Assembly: GCA_946414595.1 (NCBI GenBank)
Contig: CAMKPE010000008.1
Location: 1,152 to 65,151 of the forward strand
Reading direction: 5' to 3'
From: an uncultured Clostridium sp.
GTDB lineage: Bacteria > Bacillota_I > Bacilli_A > RF39 > UBA660
Length of the DNA stretch: 64,000 nt
Shown: positions 17,895 through 29,000 of the stretch, piece after piece
How the letters are laid out: each line of letters starts with the position of its first letter
Numbering within the stretch: the stretch's first letter is position 1
Notes under the pieces: model-generated
The model's input: the letters and a program-made list of their open reading frames with translations, nothing else
Databases searched by the model: none
What the model was told of the DNA's origin: nothing
Position numbers and translations under genes: made by a program

Positions 17895-19733
17895 TTAAAA
17901 TATATTTCTTCTTTTCACTAAGGATTTTCCTTTTTCTTCATTATATCTTTTTCTCATTGCATCCTTATCATCCTTCATCATTGGAGTGTATAAAATTTTT
18001 CCACAGTAGTATGCCTTTGGTCTATAATAAGATGATAAGTTTTTCTCACAGATTGTTTTAATTTCTTGAATAATTCTTCTCTTTTCTTGATAAGAAGCTT
18101 TATCATTTTTCAACTCTACACATGCAACTGGATAATCCCCAAATTCAAAGTTTGTATCTCTTACTCCAAATACGATACAGTTACTAACTGCTTCATGCAT
18201 ACATATTTTAGATTCAATTTCATTTGGAGCTATCTTAAATCCATCTGGTGCTATGATAAGATTTTTTTGTCTACCTGACAAGAATAGGAAGCCATCTTCA
18301 TCGAAGTATCCAATGTCTCCAGTAACACACCATTCTTTTCCGTCTATTGTTTTGATTACTTTACTTGTTTCATCTGGATCATTTAAGTATCCATTCATAA
18401 GAGCTCCTCTTAAACATACAATACCTTCTTGATTGTATTTTAATGGTTCTCCTGTTTTTTCATCTATAATCATTCCTTCAAGGTCTGGAAGCAATATACC
18501 TACGCTACCAAGTTTGTTATATCTTTCTTGGTTAACGGTTCCTATACTATTATTTTCACTACATGAATATCCTGGGTTAAATGTACCAGTTGATCCATGA
18601 GAATGAAGGAAATCTTCTGTTTCTTCTTGTTTTTCAGAGTTTATTGCAGCTCCTCCGCATGAATAAGTCTTAGCAAAAGATAAATCAGTATCTTTTGTTA
18701 TTAACGGACTATTATTGAACATTATATAATGATTTGGTACACCGGCTGAATGGTTTGCTTTTGTATCCAATAATAATTTATCAAACTTTTCTTTAGATGG
18801 GTCAAGCACTGGAAATACATTCATTTTTGTCGCAAAAGAAGTATGGAAAGCTAGAATTCCATAGACGATCCATGGTGGCATTATTGCTAAGAATCTATCA
18901 TGAGGCTCAAATGGCATTAATGATCTTTCATATTGATCTGCTACAAAATTTTGTTTTTCATCAGATATCATGACTGTTTTTGGAAAACTTACAGTACCTG
19001 ATGTATGAACATATGTTGATGGTTCAGTAGGAGATAATGAATTTTCGATTTTTACATCAGAATCAACATAACTATGGAAGCCTTTAAATTCTTCCAATTG
19101 CAATATCTCATTTCCTAATCTTCTATATCCAAATTCTTGAAATTTCATTGCACCCTTTGCTATTGTTTGTACCATTTTGTTTCCTAAAAACTTATATGAT
19201 GGAATTTTAGCGACTATTACTTTTTTAGTAGCTGTTTTATCTAATAATTTTTTTACACCGTTTATTGGAAAATTTTCTAAACATACAAAATATTGTGATT
19301 CAGACTCGTTTATATACTTACTTATCCCTTCTATAGAAGTTCTTAAGTCGACCATATTTCTTTTTGCTCCAAGAATATCTAATGCATAATACATAATATA
19401 TGTATCAGGGCACGATGGCATCAAGAAAGTAACAGTATCTCCTTGTCTAACTCCTAGATGATAGAAAGATTTAGCATACTTCATTATTTTAACTATCATC
19501 TCATCATAACTTATATTGTCTTTATCAGTAGTAATAGCAGTTCCATTAAATCCTTTTGTTTTATCAAGAATATATCTAAACATAGATTGATTAGTATTAT
19601 TCTTTATATTCGTTTCTGGATAATAATACCTATGGATATTATCTATATGTGGATATCCTGTTAATCTTGAACGGTCAACATCTTTTAAAGCCTCTCTAAT
19701 TGCGGCTTCATTTCCTTCTCTATATTCTCGCAT
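17895..19733 (-). CDS. AMP-dependent synthetase/ligase (acyl-CoA synthetase family)
   Basis: AMP-binding motif HTSGTVSFPKTV, plus later GYLNDPDETSKV..WCVTGDIGYFDEDGFLFLSGRQKNLI, typical of ANL enzymes. The start is moved to MREYREGNE (ATG 19733) after AAGGGGGA, because the first 19 track codons overlap the promoter. Confidence 0.85.
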   Translation of the reverse strand: MREYREGNEAAIREALKDVDRSRLTGYPHIDNIHRYYYPETNIKNNTNQSMFRYILDKTKGFNGTAITTDKDNISYDEMIVKIMKYAKSFYHLGVRQGDTVTFLMPSCPDTYIMYYALDILGAKRNMVDLRTSIEGISKYINESESQYFVCLENFPINGVKKLLDKTATKKVIVAKIPSYKFLGNKMVQTIAKGAMKFQEFGYRRLGNEILQLEEFKGFHSYVDSDVKIENSLSPTEPSTYVHTSGTVSFPKTVMISDEKQNFVADQYERSLMPFEPHDRFLAIMPPWIVYGILAFHTSFATKMNVFPVLDPSKEKFDKLLLDTKANHSAGVPNHYIMFNNSPLITKDTDLSFAKTYSCGGAAINSEKQEETEDFLHSHGSTGTFNPGYSCSENNSIGTVNQERYNKLGSVGILLPDLEGMIIDEKTGEPLKYNQEGIVCLRGALMNGYLNDPDETSKVIKTIDGKEWCVTGDIGYFDEDGFLFLSGRQKNLIIAPDGFKIAPNEIESKICMHEAVSNCIVFGVRDTNFEFGDYPVACVELKNDKASYQEKRRIIQEIKTICEKNLSSYYRPKAYYCGKILYTPMMKDDKDAMRKRYNEEKGKSLVKRRNIF

Positions 19734-19762
19734 AATACCTATCCCCCTTAAATTGCTATACA

Positions 19763-19790
19763 TTATACCATAATTTGGGATTTTTGTCAA
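19763..19790 (-). promoter_or_regulatory. Near-consensus sigma-A promoter for the AMP-ligase gene
   Basis: On the minus strand, TTGACA (19790-19785), a 16-nt spacer with TG at -15/-14, and TATAAT (19768-19763). Confidence 0.65.
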
Positions 19791-19850
19791 TTTTTGTATA
19801 TGTACACAAAAAAAATACTAGTTAATAGCATTTTTATTATTTTATTATTG

Positions 19851-20525
19851 TTACTTATTCATTTTAGAGTTTACAGTTCTTAAAGTAAATATTATCAAAT
19901 AAGTTGTTACAATCATAATGACAGATACTAATAAAGCAGACATGAATGAAGCTCCACTTTTAAAAAAACCATACCAATCATATCCTTCTGTAACCTTACC
20001 ATCAACCACATGACTATAAGCACCAATCATATAATATATTGAATAAATAAATATTGGAACAAATCCCCACAAAATAGTTTTGTTATTTATTTCATATTTG
20101 TTTTCAAAGCAGACAAAAGTAATAATACTTAAAATAGGGACAAACAAATGAAAGAACAAGTTACTATTTGTATAAAAATCAAAGAATCCATAATTAGAAA
20201 AAGGCGCTAAATAGAATAATACAATAGTAAATGTCAAACTGATAGATACTGTTGCTACAAATTTTAATATATATACTATTTTTGGTATTTCTTTTATTCT
20301 ATTTTTTTCAATTAGTACTTGGCAAGTAATATATATAAGTGCTGCTATTCCCATAAGAGCATTAGAATCTACAGTGAAGAATTTGAATGCTTCAATATTT
20401 TTAGCCACTAGCAATTTGTCTTCACCCATGAATCTAAATCCTGTAATCATAAAAATAATTCCTATAAGAACAAGCACAAAAATAATAATATTAAAAAATA
20501 AAGATAATTTATACTTCTTTGTCAT
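19851..20525 (-). CDS. Integral membrane protein, ~6 TM, function unknown
   Basis: Hydrophobic throughout. The start is moved to MTKKYKL (ATG 20525), which has AGAGGT 6 nt upstream and TGGTAAAAT further upstream. Confidence 0.6.
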   Translation of the reverse strand: MTKKYKLSLFFNIIIFVLVLIGIIFMITGFRFMGEDKLLVAKNIEAFKFFTVDSNALMGIAALIYITCQVLIEKNRIKEIPKIVYILKFVATVSISLTFTIVLFYLAPFSNYGFFDFYTNSNLFFHLFVPILSIITFVCFENKYEINNKTILWGFVPIFIYSIYYMIGAYSHVVDGKVTEGYDWYGFFKSGASFMSALLVSVIMIVTTYLIIFTLRTVNSKMNK

Positions 20526-20583
20526 ACTACTACCTCTTAAAATCATTTTACCATAAAAATCTTCAAATGATATATAAAATATG

Positions 20584-21291
20584 TTATCTTGTCACAATAT
20601 TACAGAAATCTTCTACCCTTTTCCTATCAGGATAATCCAGTTTCTGTACTGAACTTTCAAATTTTTTTCTATCGAATAGAACTTCTTTCTTATCTATTCT
20701 TACATTTTTACCATCTATTGTTACTTTAGTGTAGAATGTTACATTATCTTTTCTACAGCCACTACTACCTACACAAGTAAATAATGCTTTATTACTTAAA
20801 TTAAATGCTTCATGAGAATGTCCCATAAACATATAATCTGTTTCATAATTATTCATAATATCAAATACTGTTGTATCTTTTAATATTGGTAATGGTTCAT
20901 AATATGTTTTATCTTGATTTAAAAAGAAATGAGAAAAAGTAAATAATTGCCCTCCAATTAATTCTTCATATTCAATTGGAAGATTATTAATAAAGTTAAT
21001 TTCTTCATCATTTAGTGTAGATCTAACCCATTCTTTATGATTATATTCATCTTCATTTAATAATTCTTTTGCAAGATCTTCATTTATCTGATATATCTCA
21101 TGATTTCCTTTAACCATCTTGATATTAGAGTCCATTATGATATCTAAACATTCTTTTGAATTAGGTCCAATACCAATTATGTCTCCAAGACATATTACTT
21201 CATCATAATCTTCTTTATCAATTTCTTCAACGATACTGTTTAATGCTTGTAAATTACCATGAATATCACTAAATATTGCTATCTTTTTCAT
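20584..21291 (-). CDS. Metallophosphoesterase (YfcE/MJ0936-like)
   Basis: Motifs are in canonical order: IAIFSDIHGN, LGDIIGIGP, KGNHE, MGHSH. Confidence 0.85.
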   Translation of the reverse strand: MKKIAIFSDIHGNLQALNSIVEEIDKEDYDEVICLGDIIGIGPNSKECLDIIMDSNIKMVKGNHEIYQINEDLAKELLNEDEYNHKEWVRSTLNDEEINFINNLPIEYEELIGGQLFTFSHFFLNQDKTYYEPLPILKDTTVFDIMNNYETDYMFMGHSHEAFNLSNKALFTCVGSSGCRKDNVTFYTKVTIDGKNVRIDKKEVLFDRKKFESSVQKLDYPDRKRVEDFCNIVTR

Positions 21292-21314
21292 ATTATCACC
21301 ATAATAATTATAAC

Positions 21315-21342
21315 ATAAAAAGAATACCTGTAGGTATTCTTT
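21315..21342 (-). terminator. Intrinsic terminator after the 510-aa gene
   Basis: Stem aagaatacc/ggtattctt (21320-21341) overlaps the stop codon, and a U-run follows on the minus strand. TGTTATAAT and GGTGA follow before the phosphoesterase ATG. Confidence 0.6.
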
Positions 21343-22873
21343 ATACTTCTATATTTTCTTTATCTAAAATCTTCTTCATTTCACACATACTGTTGAAATC
21401 AGAATATTTTAAATTGCTTTGATTAATACAATTACTCATTAATAATTTCTTAACTGTACTTACAATTATTTCAAGATTAGACTCTTCTAATTGTTCACTT
21501 GTTATAGTAACATTCATTAATTTATATTTATCAAGAATCATTTCTACAACATTGCGTTCTTCAACAATAGTTATATTATTTATAATTGTATTATTTGGAT
21601 AATAGATAAAGTCTTCTAGTAATTCTATTTCTTTATCTAATTCTTCATTACTAATCTCTTCATTATCTATTTTTAATAGTCTTCTAAGATTAATCTTATA
21701 ACCATCAATCAAATATAATAAATCTAATATTGTTGAACCATCATTAAGATTATTAACAATCTTTTCTTTATATTTAGATTCTTCTAATTCTTCATATAAA
21801 GGTCTTAATTCTTTCATATTATTATTAATCTTTTCATACAGTTTTTCTTTATTCTTACTACCAAAGAATTTACGATTAATTTTCTTATTAAGTTTCTTTA
21901 TACTTCCTTCAAGTTTAGAAATCTTTTTAAGAATAGATTTAGTTAAGTTCTTATTATTCTTATCTTGATAGATTTTTTTAATTTCTTCAATTAAATTCTT
22001 ATATCTTAAATAATATTTATATTCATATAATGTATAAGATAATTTTAAGATATTTTCATTTTGCTCTTTCTCTTCTTTACCATTAATAGAGAAAGATTCT
22101 TTAATTTTATCTATCTTAGAATCTTCAAATTCTTTAACATCTATTTCTCCACTTAAGAATTTATCTTGTAAAACTTTAATATTAGAATCTTTAATAAGCA
22201 TATATTTAGATAATTCACTCTTATAATTATTTAAATACTCTTCTTTATTTGTAATCTTTAATTCTTTTAATCTATTAGTGTAATAACTTTCAAACTTCTT
22301 TATATTACTAAAATATAAGTGTTTAAAATTAAGACAAATATAATTAATTAAATCAGGACATTTCCAATATAATTTATCAAATTCTTCTTTTAATAAACTA
22401 GATTCTGGATTACTATCTTTAAAGAATACTTCCATATAAGATTTAGTTTCAAGTCCATAATCAAAGTCATTTGCAGTAAGTACTATACCTACTTCCTTGA
22501 ATATGTCTAAACTTTTCTTTATATCATTATTAACTTTTATTAAATCATTATCATAATAATTTTTTAAATCATATAATACTTCATTTAATTTACTTTTTTC
22601 ATAAGAATCATTGTTATCATTTAGAAGATATAAATTGCTTTTTATATCTTCTAAATGTTTTTCTAACATAAATACTTCTTCATTATCTTTTGTTATAACT
22701 ATATTTTTATATCTTTTTTTGATATCGTTTAATAATTCTCTTTTAAATTCGACAGCGGTTTGTTTCATTAATAGAGCTTTTTTCATGTAGACTCTTGAGT
22801 TTTTAACATTGTTTCTTGGTAATACTTGTAATAATTCTTTGTAATGTTCTAAAGTTTTATTCACTTGAATCAC
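21341..22873 (-). CDS. Hypothetical K/E/N/L-rich, probably coiled-coil cytoplasmic protein (510 aa)
   Basis: From the ORF track. No TM segment and no recognisable motif. The start is uncertain: GTG 22873 (track), or GTG 22864, which is preceded by AGGTGA at 5-nt spacing. Confidence 0.6.
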   Translation of the reverse strand: MIQVNKTLEHYKELLQVLPRNNVKNSRVYMKKALLMKQTAVEFKRELLNDIKKRYKNIVITKDNEEVFMLEKHLEDIKSNLYLLNDNNDSYEKSKLNEVLYDLKNYYDNDLIKVNNDIKKSLDIFKEVGIVLTANDFDYGLETKSYMEVFFKDSNPESSLLKEEFDKLYWKCPDLINYICLNFKHLYFSNIKKFESYYTNRLKELKITNKEEYLNNYKSELSKYMLIKDSNIKVLQDKFLSGEIDVKEFEDSKIDKIKESFSINGKEEKEQNENILKLSYTLYEYKYYLRYKNLIEEIKKIYQDKNNKNLTKSILKKISKLEGSIKKLNKKINRKFFGSKNKEKLYEKINNNMKELRPLYEELEESKYKEKIVNNLNDGSTILDLLYLIDGYKINLRRLLKIDNEEISNEELDKEIELLEDFIYYPNNTIINNITIVEERNVVEMILDKYKLMNVTITSEQLEESNLEIIVSTVKKLLMSNCINQSNLKYSDFNSMCEMKKILDKENIEV

Positions 22874-23021
22874 CTGTATCTGTTTTCTTTATCTCTTCTT
22901 CTACAATCTTTAAAAAAGCTTCTGTTTCTTGATACTGTTCAATGATTTCTTGATCATCTAGAGCATCAAGTGAGATATATTCATCATCAATTTTTTCTTC
23001 TTCAAAATCCATATTTATCAT
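22857..23021 (-). CDS. Possible small, very acidic protein (54 aa; below the ORF-track cutoff)
   Basis: My hand translation gives MINMDFEEEKIDDEYISLDALDDQEIIEQYQETEAFLKIVEEEIKKTDTGDSSE*. It overlaps the start of the 510-aa gene by ~17 nt and is preceded by TGTTATAAT. The RBS is weak. Confidence 0.4.
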   Translation of the reverse strand: MINMDFEEEKIDDEYISLDALDDQEIIEQYQETEAFLKIVEEEIKKTDTGDSSE

Positions 23022-23054
23022 CTCGCTATCATAATAATTATAACATAGTTTTAT

Positions 23055-26000
23055 TTATTTAATAATAATATATTTATAAACCTCTCCAATATATGTATTG
23101 TTGTCATATAGGGAGAATACAATCTTGTAAGTACCTGATCTTAAGTTGTCTTTTAAATATAATACCTGTGACATAGTAGCTTGTGGATCATCGAATACTA
23201 AGTATAATTTTTCTACATTTGTATCACTAAAATTATTAGTAAAGAAATCTTTAAAGTCTACTAAGTGATATATACTTGAATATACTTCATCGTAGTCTCT
23301 TCTATATAGAGATACTCTGATATTTGGATTTAATAATCCACTTGAGAATTGGAAGTTAAATGCCATTGCATTAGTACCATTTTGTGTTTCTCCAGTTGTT
23401 TTATCCACAATTAAGTCTTCCGAATCAACGACTGCTTTTAATCCATAAATAGTGTTTTTAACTGTAAATGGAATTGTAACGCTATCAGATGATGTTAACC
23501 CATAATAGATTCCATCTGGAGATCCAAATGACTCGATTAACATCTTATAATTTCCTGATGCTAAGTTACTTCCTTCAGTGTTAATTGTGATGTTTGATGA
23601 TACGTTTGCAATACGTTCTGCAACGTTAATTCTTACCGTTCCATCAAATCTAGGATAATATGTTGTATTACCAAGAGTATAGGAAATTCCCATTATACTT
23701 GGACCATTTACAACGTTATCATTAGAGTCTAGGATTGATATTTTAATACCTGATCTATAATCATAGAAGTTTGTATCTATAACTGGGTTATTATTAACTT
23801 TTTGTTGAACGAAGTTTGTCGTAACATTTAACATTACTTCTTCTCCTATGTATACTTCATCAGTCGACATCGTTCCATCAACATCAATAATTGAATCTTT
23901 ATTAGCGTATAAGTTATAGAACAATTGCTGTTGCTGGACACCAATTACCGATAGAATTATTTCATCATCAGAACTTCGAAGCTCTAACAACAAGTATTTT
24001 TCTATGGCATCTTCTTCTATACCTGCTTCTTTAAAGTCTACAATGAAGATAAACTCTTCTTCTGCAATACCGAGGTCATCATCGTAATATAACAGGTTCT
24101 TCGTTGCATCATTATAATGGTTATTTGGATTATCACTACCCATTTTAATGAATTTAGAAAGTGGATATGCGACATCTCCATTAGCTTGTAATTCTGCTTG
24201 TTTATTTACAAAGTCATCATGAGTTACAACATAGTAATAATATTCAGGAGTTGTTCCACTTAATAAGTCAATCATTGTAATCTTTGTATTTTCTGGGAAG
24301 TTATAAGTAGATGCTAGAACTCTATGATATCCTTCTCTATAAATTGTTTCATCTTTTTCTACGAATAATGAATAGTATGTTGTAAAGGCACTCTTTGAAG
24401 TTATATTAACTACACCTGGTGCAAACATTTCATATACTTTTCCGGTTGTAATTGTTCCTTCATAGTCATCTGTCGTATATAACGCTCTTGATATATTAAC
24501 ATTAATATTAATTCTTTTTACTTCGTTATTTAAATCATCAATTGGAATAATTGCTACCATTGAAATGGTTGCAGTTCCCATGCTTCCAGCTGTCTCCAAA
24601 TTCTTAGAGTGGTATAGATAGAATAACAGTGTTGGAACTGTATTTGAGTTTTCACTCTTATAATTAATTGTTCCATCAAAGTAAGATTCATTAGTTAAGA
24701 ATGTTGTCTTACCTATTGTTAACCATCCATTATCACTACTCTTCATTACAAGAGCCATTCTATTATCAGCAAGTTCATGAGTCTCAGCAATTCTTGGTAT
24801 TTCATCTTTTCCAACAAGTTCAACTTCACTATTTAAGTCATTATAGTTGAATCCTAAAACAGAGAACGTTGTATTAGCTTGTGAGAAGTTAATTAATGGT
24901 AACTCATAAGTTCCAAGTGTAGAATATTTAGATGCTGTTAAATCTATTTCTATAGAAGTAACTTGATCTCCAACAACCCACATATAATAGTTAGAATCTT
25001 CTGGTGTTGGAATTATGTATCCAACAAATATTTTATCTGTCTCAGTTTTATTTGGATAATTTGTATAGAATCCATCTTCTTCATAATTATGGTTTGTTTT
25101 ATGAAGTCCTAGTACATAACTACCTTTAGTAAAGTGTACTATTTCTGAAGATGGTACTGTAGTAGTATTTGTATAGTCTGTATTATACATAGCTGGATAT
25201 ACTTTACCATTTCTATCATAAGTAAACATTCCAAAGAATGTCATTCCACTAACTTCTCCGTATGCTGTTATGTTTTCGTTTGTTGCTATGTTAATATTCT
25301 TTCCTTCATAAACATATAATTTGTTATTAACGTTTCTTGATTGTATTCCATCTTCATCTATTTCTACTGCTTCTTTAACAACAGTATTTCCAGTTTTTAA
25401 TCCACTAGAGAATTTCTTAACTAAGTTAGTACCGTTCTTTAAGTATATAACTGAGTTATTAACTAATGCGATTTCATCCAATCTACTTAATGAGAACAAT
25501 ACATCAGAGTATTCGTTTGTTCTGTCTGTTGCTCCAATAAGTTCGATTACTGAATTCTCAAGAGTTACTGTAGATGCTCTTTGAATTGATACATTTGTTT
25601 TGTAATTTGCTTCAGTTCCATAGTTTTTAATTAAGATGTTACTATAACCACTTGTACTTGAAGCATTACCACTTCCAAATATAGATCCGTGTATATCAAA
25701 TACATTATGGCTATTAGCATCTATATTAATTGTTATTCCTGTCGTAACACTTATGAATGAGAAGTCATAAATTTCTGATCCTGAAGCATTGGCTTCTCCT
25801 CCACCAAATACTGTTCCAGTAATATCAATATCACCTTTTGTTAATGTATTTTCTGTTACTACATCCTTACCAATATTTACATTTACTGTTCCGTAAAGTA
25901 CTGAAGTATTAGCTCCTCCATATACATTACCTCCACAAGTAAGTCCTGCAATATTTACTAAACTTGTTGAGTTATTAGCCTCAGGTGTTCCTGTTGCAGC

Positions 26001-29000
26001 GGCATTTCCTCCACCAAATACGTGGTTTGCAACTGACGTTGTTCCACCAACATTTAATACTGTATTTCCATGTACTATGGCAGTAGTTCCGTTTCCTCCT
26101 GCAAATAAGTTTGCTCCTAAAGTACTATTTTGAACAAATACATCTGTATCATGTCCAACTATTCCTAGGTTTCCTCCACCGAAGACATTTCCACTTATTG
26201 TCGCATTAACAATTCTTAATACTGAATTATTATCAACTGCAGCTTGGTTTCCTCCTCCATAGACTTGACCATTAATAATTGCATTTTCAATATTTGTATT
26301 TGTTCCTGTTGTATCAGCGTAGTTTCCTCCACCATAGACATAAGTTACTTGCCCTGCTTTTAGATCTACGTTAGCGCTTATTGTTCTTCCTCCACGGTTA
26401 TTACCACCGAATATTTTATTAACAATTACACTGCTGTTATTTGCTGGTATACTTACATGGCTTTCTTGAACTGCTCCAGCCATATTAGATCCACCATAAA
26501 CATTTGTAATTCTTGATACACCTTTTAAAATTACATTTGCAGTATCTACAGAAGCTTGGTTTCCTCCACCATAGATATTAGAAATTGTAGATGCTGTTTT
26601 ATTAATTGTTACATTACTTGTTGTAGAGTCAGCATAATTTCCTCCTCCATAAATATCTGTAACATTTCCATCATTTACAGTGACATGAGTTGTTGTTGTA
26701 GTTCCACCTTGATTATTACCACCATAAATATTTGTAGTTGTTCCTCCTGCTACTATGATATTAGAAACAGGAACTGTACCACTTTGATTTGATCCTCCAT
26801 AAATTGAACCAACTGTGGCATTATTTTGATTAACACTCGTACTTACTGTTATTCCGGCTTCATTTCCTCCACCATAAACATCAGTTATATTTCCACTATT
26901 TAAGTTAATTATTGTTGTGTCTGTTTCTGCAACATTTCCTCCACCAAAGATAGTAGCAATTGTTCCTCCACCTGTTGTTATCTTTGTTGTATTAGTTTTT
27001 CCACCTAAGTTGTTACCACCATAGATTGTTGTGGCATTACCACTTGATGTTGTTATATTAGATTCTACAACTGTACCACTTTGATTTGATCCACCAAATA
27101 TCGTTGTTACAGTTGATCCCTGTAATGTTACATTTGTTTTATTTGTAATACCTGCTTGGTTTCCTCCACCATATACATTTGCAATAGTTGCACCATTTAA
27201 AGTAAGGTTTGTTGTATCTGTTTCTGCAACATTTCCTCCACCATAAATAGTATCTATATTTCCACCATTTATAGTTAAGTTTGAAGTTAGAGTTTTACCT
27301 CCTAAATTATTTCCTCCATAGATATTTGTTGCAGTTCCGCTTGATGTTGTTATGTATGATGCTGTAACATTTCCTGAGTTATTACTTCCTCCAAAAAGGT
27401 TTGTTACTGTTGCACCATTTAATATTGTATTAGTACTTGATGTAACACCTGCTTGGTTTCCTCCTGCATAAGCATTTGGAATTGTTCCTCCATTTAGGTA
27501 TAAATGTGTAGTTCCAGTTGTTGCAACATTTCCTCCACCATAAACAGCGCTCAATGTTCCACCTGTTATTGTTACATTAGAAGTTGTTGTTGTTCCTCCT
27601 AAGTTATTACCACCATATATAGTTGTAGCAGAGCCACTGCTTGAAGTTACATTTGCTGTTGTAACTGTACCACTTTCATTAGAACCACCATATATTGTAG
27701 TAGCATTAGCTCCTTGTAAATGAACATTAGTAGTTGTAGCATTAGCAAGGTTTCCTCCACCATAAACATTAGTTATAGTACCGCCATTTAAATATACATG
27801 GCTTGTATTTATTGGTGCATAATTTCCTCCACCAAATACATTGGTAGTATTTCCACCATTTATATAAACATTTATATTTCCATTTGGAGTTCCCTTAACA
27901 TCATTTCCTCCAAATACATCATTAATAGTTCCATTATTAACTGTTACAGTTACGTTTCCTCTAACATATGGAGTTGTTGAATTATCACCTTGTCCTCCAC
28001 CAAAAACAGAACCAGATATACTACCATTATTAATTGTTATAGAAGTATTACCACTAGCACTACCATTTGATGAATTGCTGTTAACAATTCCTAAAGCACT
28101 TCCTCCATAAATATTTCCTTGAATAATTGGAGTATTAGTAATACCATTTCTACCTATAGTTATATCAATATTATTAGATACAAATGTTGGAGCACCTTTA
28201 CCTCCACCATAAACGTTTCCAGTAATTGTACCACCAATAATATCCATATCAACTGATCCATACACTTCACCTGTAGTATTAGATCCTCCGTAGACATTTC
28301 CAATTGTTCCACCACTTATATCAATATCAATTACACTGCTTGATTTATATTCATTTTTACTAAATCCTGCTGATTTAGATCCACCATATACATTGCCTAT
28401 TGTTCCACTTAATATTTCTATTTTAGCAGTTGATGATTGTGTAGTTTGTGTTCCTGTACTACCAAAGTTTCCTCCACCATATACACCATCAGTTATAGTT
28501 GCTCCATTGATAATTACATGTGAATTTTTAACAGATCCTCTTGTTGGATATCCATCAGCACCTCCACCAGCTCCAAATACAGAACCAGCTTCAACATCAT
28601 TTATAGAACCTGTTTGATCACCAACTACTGCAGTACCTCCAACATATACAATGGTATCTCCATCTATAATACCTATATTATTTCCTGTTCCTCCATTACT
28701 ATTTGATCCACCTAAAACACTATAGTGGATAACTCCTCCAGAAATATTAATAATTCTATTTCCGTATGTTGTATTTTGAGTAGCTCCTCCATAAATCTGC
28801 CTTACGTCTCCCCCACTCATACCAATATAAACCGCATTTGCTCCATTGTTATTATTATATCTATAACCAGATCCCCCAAGAATTATGTTAATTGAACCAC
28901 CTTCAATTTTAATTCCATTAGTTGCATGTGTAGTAACTGAAGTACCTCTTCCGCTTATGTAAGCTCCAGCACCATCAGGATCATTACTTGGTGTACCATC

